From positions 1 through 64,000 of the forward strand of contig MEDY01000285.1 in the NCBI GenBank assembly GCA_001724265.1: a stretch of DNA of 64,000 bases, in the 5' to 3' direction. The notes under the pieces were generated by a model. The model made no database searches, had not been told where the DNA came from, and saw nothing but the letters and a program-made list of their open reading frames with translations. Source of the stretch: Rhizaria sp. SCN 62-66 (Eukaryota). Shown piece by piece: positions 24,911 through 36,851 of this stretch (its first letter is position 1; the number at the start of each line of letters is the position of its first letter). The translations under genes and the position numbers were made by a program.

Positions 24911-26107
24911 GGGGATATCTTCAGCAAACCAGGACTGCACCGGGAGTGACTGATAACGAGGCAGGCAAATTTAAAGAGGATTTCAAAGGAAAATATAGTG
25001 TGAACGTAAATTCGGTATTCGAAAAACAGCAGTTTTGTTAATAAGGTATGCAAACACAACATTATCGTTTCGCTTTATGGACGTTTTACATGTAAACATT
25101 CCGGTCCAAGATTTCTGGCCTGGTATCGCCAAGCAGCCCAACCCTCCTTCCCACCAAGATCGCAAATCAGCCAACTTTGCATTCGTTCGATCCTCTCAAC
25201 CAAATAAATAGTGAATTATTCAGAAATATTGCGTTAATCAATATCAATTGTACTCTAACATATCATATCAAAAATGCGTTTATTTTTACCGTCGGATATC
25301 ATGCGAAATCCTGGGTGGTCTGGTTTAGAACCATGACGATGAAGTCGCAGACCTCGTCATATCAGCATGCATTGCGAGTCCATGGACGTGGCTACACCAA
25401 TGTAACTAATGGCACCCTTTTTTAGGTACATCATATAGTCTGTTTTTAATTTTGCGCGGATAAAGCAACACCTTATCATAGATATGCACGCTCATACTCC
25501 GGTCCAGGTGTGTCGCAATGTTGCATTGTCGGATCAATGAGCGCTCTAGAGCTAGCCATGATATCACGACAGTGACATTATTTCAAATCACGTTGAAAAC
25601 CTACACTAAATGCGTTTACCCAAGCTAATTGGCGTGCAAGCCTCGTTTAATCGCCGTCATCAGTCAATTCACCATGAACACTTTTCTACCACAAACGCCG
25701 CATCGCAACGGGTGGGACGACAACAACTTTGGCGTCTTCGGGCTATACAGCGTCATCCATTTGCTAAAAAAGAATTACACTACAAGATTAAAGCTTATTT
25801 CAAACTCAAATTTGAGGTAAAACTTTAAAACCGCGATAAAACATGAAATTGTTGTGTATATCTCTTTTTAAATGTTTCGTCTCGGCCAAGACTAACTTGA
25901 AGGTCTGGTGAGCACAAAAGCGACTGTTGCGTCTTACCAGCTCCTCACTAAAAGCAAACCACTTGGAATTTCAAGAAACAGCATAGGCGCGTAGTAAAAA
26001 GAACATAACATTTCGCTAAAAGTGTCTCTTGATCTCGCTCGACTCGCATCTCTTCGGTCGATCGCACTACACAACCTCTGCGTCCCCAGCTGCAACAAGA
26101 TAGCGAG

Positions 26108-27526
26108 ATGTCCGAGGCTGATGACGTGTTCCAGTTTGGTGACGCGCACCAAGGCATTGTGCCTGACTGCTTTGTAAGCGTACAAGCAGTGCCGCGCGGA
26201 CTTGTTCCTTTTGTTGGCGCCGACAACAATGATCAAGCCTTCAAGCTCCCCCACACTTTCGCCGTTGCATGCGTACTCATGGCACAGAACGTCGCCATCT
26301 TTTTGTTCGAGTACCTGGTACTGATGGGTACTGCACTCGCAAGCGCGTGCTATTGGCGCCCACTGCTACTGCCAGTGCTTGCCATCGCACTTGCTGTCGC
26401 CGCCTTCTGGCTTCACGAGGTTGACATCCTCCAAAGCCACTACGAAGCCGCTGCTGCAGCTGCGGGCACAAACACGTACTTTTCTCCTCAGACGCCCACG
26501 TCCACAGCATCCGCCGCGGTCACTGCCTTGATAGCTGCGCCTCCGTTGTTGCACGCGTCTCTGCACGCGTCAACGGCGACTGTGCGCAACAACGGTCCTG
26601 CGTCGCCGCCGCCACGTGCCCCGCTGTCAACGAAGGCAAATTCATTGCTGCGCCGCATGATGCCCTCCAGCGCCAGCGCCGCCACGGCCGCTGAGCCCGG
26701 TTCAGTGTTTAACACGTATTCAACTCATACGGCAAGTGGCAGCTTTGACGACGCAGCGATGGCGGCGGCGGCCGGCCTCGTTGGCCCCCGCGCCGCCGCT
26801 CTGGTGGCTGCAGTCCCGCTCAGTCTCATCGCAGGACTTGCTGGGGGGCGGCCTCTCGCGATCGCGCTTGCGTGCTGGCTCTGTGTCTCGGCAGCGCACG
26901 CTTGCACGCGCCGCGTGTCCCCGCAGCTGCTAGCGCGCGCTCGCGCAGCACGTGTTGGCCCTGGCCGCGCGCCCGCAGCGCCTCAGCGACTGCTGCTTCT
27001 GTTAGCGGGGGCGCTAACAGCAAACGCTGTGCCGCGTGCCGCTCTGCGCCAAACCTACAGCGAGAGCGGCAGCGACGACAAACGTTGGGCTGCGTTTAGC
27101 TTCGGCGACGGGTATGCGGCGTGGGCCTCGCCCATGGCCAGTAAGACCGCGTTCCCCACCTGCACAGGCGCAGCAAGGGATAAGTGTGGCGACAGCAGCG
27201 AAGAAGGCAAGGACGAAGGCGGCGATGGCGACAACAAGGACGAAGAGCGCGGCGGCACCCGCCGCGGCAGCGGCGCCGCGATTGGGCGCGCATACGGGCC
27301 CACGCGCGCCGCGGTGCTAGTCCCGCCTCTGCTCACCACGCAGCGCGCGGACTACACAGAGCCCGCGTCGCCGGCTGCTGACCCGGAACAGGGCGCTTTA
27401 CCGAGCCTCGAGGGGCTGCACCGGCGATCGGGCGCGCCGCCGCCGTACAGTAGACTGACGCTGCTGTCACCGCCCGCAGGCGGGTACGCAGGCCGCAGCG
27501 GGCTTAGTCTCGGCACGAAGATGTAA
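26108..27526 (+). CDS. Hypothetical membrane protein (5' structure uncertain)
   Basis: 472-aa GC-rich ORF with hydrophobic segments (AIFLFEYLVLMGTALASACYW, LLLPVLAIALAVAAFWL). TAA stop followed by AT-rich DNA. Confidence 0.6.
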   Translation: MSEADDVFQFGDAHQGIVPDCFVSVQAVPRGLVPFVGADNNDQAFKLPHTFAVACVLMAQNVAIFLFEYLVLMGTALASACYWRPLLLPVLAIALAVAAFWLHEVDILQSHYEAAAAAAGTNTYFSPQTPTSTASAAVTALIAAPPLLHASLHASTATVRNNGPASPPPRAPLSTKANSLLRRMMPSSASAATAAEPGSVFNTYSTHTASGSFDDAAMAAAAGLVGPRAAALVAAVPLSLIAGLAGGRPLAIALACWLCVSAAHACTRRVSPQLLARARAARVGPGRAPAAPQRLLLLLAGALTANAVPRAALRQTYSESGSDDKRWAAFSFGDGYAAWASPMASKTAFPTCTGAARDKCGDSSEEGKDEGGDGDNKDEERGGTRRGSGAAIGRAYGPTRAAVLVPPLLTTQRADYTEPASPAADPEQGALPSLEGLHRRSGAPPPYSRLTLLSPPAGGYAGRSGLSLGTKM

Positions 27527-27840
27527 TGACGTGTTAGAAAATGAGTTGATCTTTGCTGCAGTGATCAAAGTAACGCTTTCGAAGCGTGATTGCTGAAGCT
27601 TTCCTGAAATTGATATAATTCCTGTGTACGTACAATGATTGATGTTGTCTACGTACGAATATTAAAAGGAGTTTGGCAAGAATACAAATTATATTGTCAA
27701 GTACGGTGTTGAAAAGAATACGTACATAATTATGTATTCACCGGTCATTAAAGATACGATGTTGGGCTACATTTGAGCCGTGGCCACATTAGAAGCTTAT
27801 CATTCTCGGGTTTTGTCAGTGCATGAAGTGTACAACGCAT

Positions 27841-30800
27841 TCAAGCAGCGTCATCATCGTCATCATCGCCCATCACAACGCCTCCATCATCCTCCTCCTC
27901 CCCCTCCAGAACCTCCTCGAGCCCCTCATGTTCCTGATCTTGCTCCTGCTGCTCTGCGGCCTACTCCTCATCGTCCTCATCTGTAGTCTCTGCATTAGTG
28001 AGATGAGTCACTAGGGCAGCGAAGAACAGCGGCAAGCGCGCGGGGGCGCCCGTCGCGGCGTCGGGCGCGGCCAACGCCTGTAGTGCGGGCGGCAGCAAGG
28101 CCACGAACCCGTCCATACGCACTGCGGGCGCGGGGCCAGACGTGTCCACGACGACCTTGTACGCGCAGTCATCCCTAAACAAGAAGTTAGGAATAAATAT
28201 GAAAGTGAGATGAAATTAATATTGAAATATATAGAGATATGCGATCATATAGAGCTGTTTCACTGTTATTTTGACGTACTTGAACTTAAAGGTGACGCGG
28301 CGCTTGGCCTCGTTGACCTCGACTGAGAGCCCCAAAAGCTCCGTGATGCGACTCTGCGCGTTGTCCCACCGCTCCTTGACGTACTTCATCAGGCGCTCGA
28401 GCTCGCCACGCGCCGTCGCCGCCTCCGTGCGCGCCTCATCCGCGGCCGCAATGGCCTCGGCAGCCTGCGCGCGCGCCGACTCAGCGTCGGCCGCGAGGGA
28501 CGCCACGCGCGCGGCCACTGCGGCGGCCACGACGGCGGGATCGGGCCGGTCCGCGCCCGCCGCGGCGGCCTTGCCCCCGTGCAGCCCCAGCACGCTGCGC
28601 GCAACGGGGTCTGCGAGGTCCGCGAAATCCGTGTTGGCCTGCGCCTGCGCCTCGGAACTCATCAACCCGAACGAGTTGTCCTCCTCAGCGCCCGCCGCCG
28701 CAGCACTGCTAGCGCCCACTCCGGCCGGAGCGTCGGCGGCGACCTCGGCCAGGCGCGCGACGGAAGCGCGCAGCGCCGCAAGTTCGGCGGCAGCGGCCTC
28801 GCGGCGGAAAACCTCGAGGTGCTGTCGCATCCCGAAGCACTTGGTGCCACGCGTAAACTCGTCGTCTTCCTCCTGGTCCTCGCCATCTTGCTCGGCAGCA
28901 CCTCCAGTAACGGTGCCCGCCTTGGAGGCCGTGGCAGCGCGGAGCTTCGCGGCGAGGTCGTCTCGCGCGGCCTGCGCCTCTGCGGCCGCGGCGCGCAGAC
29001 CGGCACTCTCCTCTGCCGCGGCCGCCAGCCGCTGAGTGGCGCGCGTAGCCTCCGCGCGCTCTGCAGCGAGCTCAGCCTCGAGCTGCGCGATGCGGCCCTC
29101 GTGCGCGCGCAGAGCGTTGCCCGCTGTGGCGGCGTCAGGGGCCGCTGTCGCTGTGGCCGCAGCCGCTGCAGCAGCGCCGGGGCGTCTGCGAGTGCCCGCA
29201 ACGGTCTGCTCCTCCTCGTCGAGGTACGTCTGCAAAAGCCGCTGCAACGAGGCGTTGGCGTCTGTGAGCACCTCCTTGCGCCCGCTCTCGGCCGCCGCGC
29301 GCGCCTCAGCAGCGGCCGCCGCGCGCCGCGCCTCACGCGCCTCGTCTTCAGCCTCTGCAGCGCGCGCCCCGGCCGCGCTGAGGTCGGCCACCGCAGCGGC
29401 CAACTGGCGGCGCGCACTGGCCGCGGACGCCCGCTCGCGGCGGAGTGCGACTGTCATGCGCTGCAGCAGGAGAGCCAGGTCGTCCGGCGTCGCTGCCTCC
29501 CCGTCGCCGTCGCCCGCATCGTCGTCCGCGTCGTCGTCATCGCCATTGGCGGCGGCGGCGTGCTTGCAGTGGGCGGACCCGTCGCCCGTGAAGGTGATCA
29601 CCGCCGCCGCAGTGCGCGCGCGCGCCTTACCCTTGGCAGGGGTCACGGCGGGCGTGCCGGCGGGGGTCCCGGCCGCGCTGCCCGCGACTGGCGCCCGCAG
29701 CGCGGCCTCGGCGGCGACACGGCCCTGCGCAAGCGCGGTGCTCCACTCACGCGCTGCGGTCTGCAGCGCGGAGACGTCAACGCGCAAGCGGGCGGCGTCG
29801 TCGGCCTCGGACCGCAGTGAATGGGCCTCGCGCTCCAGGGCGATCATGCGCTCGTCGACGGCGCGCGCGCCCACGTCGCGGCGCCGCGCCGACGCCAGGG
29901 AGTCTTCGGCGCGGGCCAGGCGCGCGCGCAGCACGGCGGCCTCGCGCTGCAGCGTCAGCACGTCACCAGCGTTACCGCTAGCGTCGGCACCTTCACCAGC
30001 ACCGCCATCACCAGAGGTGGAGGATGAGGATGAGGATGAGCCTGTGTCGGCGCCGCTGCCGGAGCGGGCGGCGAGGACACCGGAGACGGCGAAGCGCAGG
30101 CGCGCTTCGCGCTTCAGCTTATCAACCTCGAGCTAAAAATCGAGATGTAAAACAACGAGAAATATCAGTGATGTGTAAGAAAAAAATTTGCTTCCTGATA
30201 CCAATGAAATCCTTAAAAATCCATCGTTTCACATCATGCGTGCAAATATTTCCGTACCCGTGCGGCCTCAGTCTCTGCGGACAGACGGTCCTGCGTGGTC
30301 AGCAGCTGCTCGACCTGTGTCATCGCCGCAGCCGTCATGCTCTCCGCCGAGGCCAGTCGCGCGCGCAGCTCAGCCGTCACGTCCACCGCGCCCGCACTCG
30401 CGCCCGCGCCGCAAGTCACACCGACGCCGGCGCCAGTGCCAGAGCCGGAGCCAGAGGAGGCGGAGGCGAGAGTGAGTGCAGCGCGCGCGGTGGCGCTGAC
30501 GTCGCGGCGCGCGGAGGCGACTTCGCTGTAGGCGGCCGCGAGCTCTGCCTGGAGGCTCGCAATGAGTCTGTGATTGTGAAAACAGTGCAGAAACAACATC
30601 ACAAAACAAATGTGAAACGGTGTGAGAGAGATCATGTTCATTTTCATTGACAAGTTCGAATCCTTGGATACAGATACAATAAAGACTCAGCTAGATCTAC
30701 GACTGACGTACTTGACTTGCTCGTTGGGTGCCCTGCGCGCCTCCCTAGCCTCGTCCAACAACCGCGCAATAACGGCTTGCAGAGCCTCAACCTTGGTCGC

Positions 30801-31520
30801 CGCATGTACCAGCCCCAGCGCGGACAGCGGCGCGCTATCAGCGGCGGTGGCGGGGGCGTCGGCGGGGGGCACGGCGGCAGCCCCGGTCGCCCAGGCAGCC
30901 GCCAGCGCGGCCGCTGTCGGCACTGAAGGCGCGGTGGCAACAGCCGGGGCGGCTCCAATTGGCGCAGCAGCAACTGCAGCAGCAGGGGTAGCGGCAGGAA
31001 CGGGAGCAGTGACAACAGTAGCAGCAGCTGGAGCAGTAGCGCACGCGGCGGGCTTGGGGGGTGGATCATCGTCGTCTGAGCTCGTGCCAAGCTCGATCAC
31101 GTCCGAATCGGAGTCAGACACAGGTGCGAGCTTCGGCGCTGGTGTGGCGCGGACAAAAGACGCTGAAGAAGACGCTGCGGACGGCAGGCGGCCCGGGGCC
31201 TGCGCGGCGGCAGCTGACGACACTAGAGAGGAGATTTGACCGAAGGGGTGGCGCGCGGGAGGCGCGGCGGCTGCTGCCGCTGCGGAGGACGCCTCCTGAT
31301 CGTCGTATCCGTCCTCGTCGTCGTCCTCTTCGCCACCGAAGTCGCCTTCGTAGTCGACGTCCTCGTCCTCGTCCTCCTCGTCGGCGGACTGCGCGACGGC
31401 TGGGGACACCATCGCCATACCGCGCGAGCGCTTGGGAGCGCCGGTGCCAGAGGGTGCAAAAGGCACGTCGTCGTCAGAGGCCTCGTTGCTCGAGTACACT
31501 CGCTTGCGACCGTTCAGCAT
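27841..31520 (-). CDS. MAD1: MAD1-like spindle checkpoint coiled-coil protein; exons 31520-30712, 30567-30258, 30132-28280, 28174-27841; in-frame TAG at 27963-27961
   Basis: Long coiled coil. RGTKCFGMRQH resembles the Mad2-binding motif. ERLMKYVKERW...ITELLGLSVEV...LPLFFAALVTHL resembles the MAD1 C-terminal RWD domain. Three phase-consistent introns. The acidic tail continues past TAG to TGA. Confidence 0.7.
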
Positions 31521-32256
31521 TTTGAACAGAGCGGACCCAGAGGTGATCCTGGGCTGAAACAAGATGCGGGCAAATCTCACCAGACGGACGGATGCGGTGT
31601 TCAAACTCTCTTCGAGGATCAAGACCTACAGACAGCAAATGATTAAAAATGCAAATACGAGCAAATATTAACCTCAATATATAACGTCGTTAAGCGAGTT
31701 AAATTGTATATGACGATCAAGAAAGTGCACTCTGACCTGAGCGAGGTCAGTCCACCAGAAGCGACCGTTGCTGCCAGCCGAGCTTAGAGTTACGGTCAAA
31801 GTCACGATGTTACGATTGCATTTACGGAAGATATTTACATAGTATGAAGGGCTGTGAACGTAAAAGTGTAAATTATGTATATTGCAGATTTTGGTGGGTG
31901 TAAATAGATTGTTTGGGGACCCAAAGTGGTGTCCTTAAGATGAAAATACGGTGTAACGTAAAAGCCAACATCAAATGCGATGCTCCAGCGACAAAATAAC
32001 AAACAAGAATGAGCATGTCCCCGGGAGTCATTTCCTCGGCTAACCGCTCTCAATTACTACATACGGTACACATGTGTCATTTGAATTGACATCCGTTCCC
32101 CGACCTCATCAGCCTCGTCGCTGCTTGGTCTCACTCAATATCTTATACTTGTTACTCGACTCAATATCAACAGTACAGTTCAGGTCAGACACACGTCGCT
32201 GTGTGTTCCAGCTCACACGTTCTTCCGCGTGTCACGCGTTTCGCTCACTCGCTCAC

Positions 32257-35200
32257 TCACGCGTTGCGCACAGTGCGCGCCTTGGTGAAGATGCGGGGCA
32301 CGATACACATGGACATGAGCTCCTGGAACAACAGCTTGGACGCGTAGGGAATCTCCACACGCGAGATCGTCGACGTGTTCTTGCACATACTGCACGAGTA
32401 GTCATTGCGCCGGATGTCCGCCTTGCACACGAGTCCGCACTCGTCGCACACGTGCACGGAGAACTTGTCCGAGGACAGGAACAGACGGTCACGCATCATG
32501 TTGGCCGCACCGTGGGAAATCATACAATCGCGCTCCATTTCACCGAAACGCAGCCCGCCGTCCTTGGAGCGGCCCTCCATGGGCTGGCGCGCGAGCGATT
32601 GCAGCTGTCCGCGCGCGCGCGCGTGGATCTTGTCGTCGACAAGGTGCTTGAGGCGCTGGTAGAAGGTCGGCCCGAAGAAGATCGGCGCCTCAAGCCGCGA
32701 GCCGGTGAAGCCGGAGTAGAGGACCTCGTTGCCGTGCTCCTGGTAGCCGTGCGCGTGCAGCGCCGTGGAGAGGTCCTTGACGGTGACGTCGAGGAACGGC
32801 GTGGCGCGGCCCGCCGAGCCCTGGAGCGCGGCGATCTTGCCCAGCAGACACTCGACCAAGTGCCCGATGGTCATGCGCGACGGGATGGCGTGCGGGTTGA
32901 TGATCAGGTCGGGCGTGATGCCTTCGATGGTGAACGGCATGTCCTCCTGGCGGTACGTCATACCGCAGGTACCCTTCTGGCCGTGGCGCGAGGCGAACTT
33001 GTCACCGATGCACGGGATACGGATCGAGCGGATGCGAACCTTGGTGATGGCGTTGCCGTCTTCGTCGGTCGTGAGCATCACCGTGTCGCAGACGCCGGAC
33101 TCGGTCTTCTTCATCAGCGTCGACGCGTCGCGCTTCGTGTAGTGCGACGCGCCCTGCGCGTTCAGGTGCACCTCCGAGGCCGGGAGCGGACAGGTCTTGC
33201 CGATGACGACGTCGCCGCCGCCGAGGTTGCGGCCCGGCGACACGAGGCCGTCAGAGTCGATCTTGTGGTAGGCGTCGGCCATCTTGAGCTTCGCGGTCGT
33301 CTCGCGCGCGGGGAACTCGAACGTCTCCTCCTCGCCGATCTTGTTGCTCTGCTGGTCCGAGTAGAGACGGAAGTACATCGAGCGGTACAGACCGCGGTCG
33401 ATGGCGGACTGGTTCAGAATCATGGAATCTTCCTGTGATCCCGCAAAGCGCGAAAGAGAAGCACAGAAAAAGAAAATCGAGATGAAAAAGAGTGAGATTA
33501 ACGATAATTATAAAATGTTTTTAAGTACGTCGTGAAAAGCAAACATCGATATAACAAAATTACTAATTGTTATTTTAGATAAATGTAATCATACCTGGTT
33601 GTAGCCGGTGTAGCAGCCGATGGCGACGACGGCCATCGTGCCGGCGGGAAGCTCCTTAAAGTGGATGTAGTTAATCGCATCCGACGCCACGAGCGGCTTC
33701 TGCGGGTAGTAGAACACGTGGGCAAGCGTGTCCATGCGCGCGTTGAAGTTAGTGGTGTACACACCCATGGCCTGCTTACCCATGGCGGACTGGTAGGTGT
33801 TACGCGGCGACTGGTTGTGGTCTGGGAACGGCACGATCGTCGCGCACACACCGAGCACCATCGCAGGGTGGATCTCGCAGTGCGTGTACTGGTGGGTGGC
33901 GTGGTTGTCCTCGACGTCACGCACCATCATCGCGACCAGCGAGCACTCTTCCTCGAGCGTGTCGAGGTACTCGACGACGCCCTCGGTGACGAGCGTGTCA
34001 AACCGCAGCTGCCGCGCCATCATGCGTTGCACGTGTTCCTTGCGCAGCTGCAGCCGTCCGTCCTCGACGATGAGCAGTGGACGCACCAGGCGGCCAGGGT
34101 CGGTGTACAGACGCACTTCGCGGTCCTCGACGGACCACACGATGGACATATCCCAGGGCAGCCCGCCAAGACGGCGCTCGATCTTGATGCCCGCGACGAG
34201 CTCCTTGGCGTCGGACGTGATGCCGACCCACGCGCCGTTAACGAGCACCTTGGTGGACCCCGGGATGGCGGCGGGGGAGACGAGGTCCAGCGACTCCATC
34301 GACAGCTCCTTGAGTCGCCCCAGCACGTCGTGCGCGGTGCGCCCCACGGTCACGGTACACATGAGGGACATGTTCTTGACGATGCCGCACGCCTGGCCCT
34401 CGGGCGTCTCGGCGGGGCACACGAGGCCCCACTGCGTCGAGTGCAGCTGGCGCGGCTGCGTCTGCTTGCCTTCCTTGCCGATGGGCGCGATGGACCGGCG
34501 CAGGTGAGACAGCGCGGCCGCGAAGGTGAGCCGCGACAGCACCTGCGCGACGCCCGTCTTGGTCGCGGGCTCGCCGCGCTTCGAGGTCCAGTTGCCTGTG
34601 GAGAGCACGTAGCGCAGACCGGCGGAGATGTGATTGATGCCCTTGAGGATGTTAACGAGGAACACTGAGTCCGAGACGCCATTCTTGACCTTGCGTTCGA
34701 CTTCGCCGCGCAGCTCAGTCATCGTCTGCACGTAAAGCTGGCGGAACACGTTGGCGATGAGTGTGCCGGCCATATCAACACGCTTGTTACCGAAGTGGTC
34801 ACGGTCGTCGAAGTTGCGGCGCTTGAGCACGGTCGCGAGCATCTTGTTCACGGCGTAACCGATGAAAAATGCCTTGGCGACGACGCGGCCCTCGTCGAGA
34901 CCGATGTGCGGCAGCAGCTGGCCCTTGAGGATGTTCTCGGCGGTCTTGATACGCTGCGGCAGCGCCGTGCCGGGCGCGACGGCACGGGAGCCGATGTACT
35001 CAAGCGCGAGGTTACGCGAGGTGATGTGAGCGGCCTCCTCGAGCGACGGCCGGACGAGATCGACCATCTGCGTGTCGTTGAGGTTGTACACGATGCGCTC
35101 GAGGATCTCGCGGTCGGACGCGAAGTTGAGCGCGCGGAACAGCACGACGAGCGGGATCGGCTCGTTGACGTGCGGGATCGACACGTGGAGGTAGTGGCCG

Positions 35201-36118
35201 CCTGCCGCGCCGCCTGTGCGGCTCTTGATCGGAACAAGGCGGATGCTCAGCGAGCCGGGCGGGCGCGTGGTGTCCTGCGCCATGGAGCGGACCTCGCAGC
35301 AGATGCCGCGGCCGTCTGAGAACACCATGACCTGGTTGGCGGCGGCGCGCTCCTGGCCGATAACGGCCTTCTCGGAGCCATTGATGATGAAGTACCCGCC
35401 CTGGTCAAACGGACACTCCTTGGCGTCCGTCAGCTGCTGCGGGGAGAGACCCGAAAGAACACACTGGTCGGAGCGGAGCATGATGGGGATTTTACCAAGG
35501 GGAACGCGCTCGGCCGTCTCGACGTTGGGCTCGCGGGGGTTAAGAACCTCGTTGTTGTTGGTGTCAACGGTCACAACGCGGCGGCGCACAATGCAGAATA
35601 GGTCGGACGCGTATGTGAGGTTGCGGAGGCGGGCCATGTGGGGGGTCAGCGGGGTCGTGACGTTCATCTTGTCCGTGTACTGCGGCTTCAGAAGCGTCAG
35701 AGTGTCGAACTTGATCTCGAAACGCTCTTTCTGTAGCGGCGCGTAATGATGGCAAAATAAATAAAGCGATACAAGTAATGGAGTTGGGAAGTGAGAGAAC
35801 TGGGGGCAAACCAAACAAACCACACAAAGATGGGCGAACAGAGCAAGGTGGTGCTACAAAGTTTGAAATTGCGTTAAGGACAAGATAGGAAGGGGAAACG
35901 TACGTGTCCGAGCTCGGCATTGTTGCGGGAGGACCGCTTGGGGTAGAACTCAAGCGCGTTGTACTCGTCGACGATTTGCTGGAGCGTAATGGAGGCGAAC
36001 GTGTTGAACGAGTCGAGCTGGTGGCGGACCAGACCGTGCGAGTTGAAAAACTCCTCGATCAGCGACCAGGAGTCGTCCTGCACGACATCGACGCGCGGCA
36101 TCGTCTCGTAATCGTCAT
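32257..36118 (-). CDS. RPB2: RNA polymerase II second-largest subunit; exons ~36118-35904, 35730-33595, 33432-32257 (extreme 5' end uncertain)
   Basis: [88 protein letters not shown] stop. Confidence 0.97.
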
Positions 36119-36851
36119 CTGCGAGGCCGCACGGCAAGTGGGGAAGCGGGGGAGACCGGTGGAGAAGCGGGAGCGGAGCCGGAGTGGGTGAGCGCGAGGT
36201 TCAGGCGCGGACGAGTGGTTGAGATACCAACACGGCGCTCCACAGAAGAAAATTGGACGATCCAAGCGATCAAATAGAAACCATAGACATCTCCAGGGCA
36301 AGATGGTTCAATAAAATTTGCCCACGCTTTATAAGCCCAGCTCGGGCGGGCAGGATCGGCAATAATGAATAGACGTTAGAGGCACTTGGCTCTTTGCGGC
36401 ACTGGACGAGATTTTGACCCTGACGTACCCATGTTTAAACGTTGTTTAGCAAATCAATGCCACAAAGAAAACTATCCCCTCAAAGTGCGTTTAAAGGTTT
36501 AATTATGTCGAATGTGGCGCTGACTGCAACCGGCTAGATACCTTTTTCTGCCTCGTCTCGGTTCGAACTTCGGTCGCTTGGTCGGCCCGGTGGAGGAAGT
36601 TAAGCCGCTAGTCGCTGGAACAGGACTTGTGGTGGGATCCACATTTGCATCCGGAAGGCACATGTAATGTGTCCAGATTAAAAATCGGTCGTTAGAGCAA
36701 AATAATTAAACTAAAATATATGTGTATGGCCCCTCAATGCTTCTCAGAACGACATTCTGATAGTTATATCTGCTCACTAAATATTCGCGCCGTGCTTGCA
36801 GATCTTTGCTCCCGCGCGCTTCCTCTGGCGTTGCAACGCGCACTTCTGACT

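Noticed and set aside
24911-26107. Short ORFs in the AT-rich spacer (25177..25425, 25610..25828 etc.) as genes or transposon remnants
   Set aside because: Non-coding composition, with no recognisable motifs or terminal repeats.
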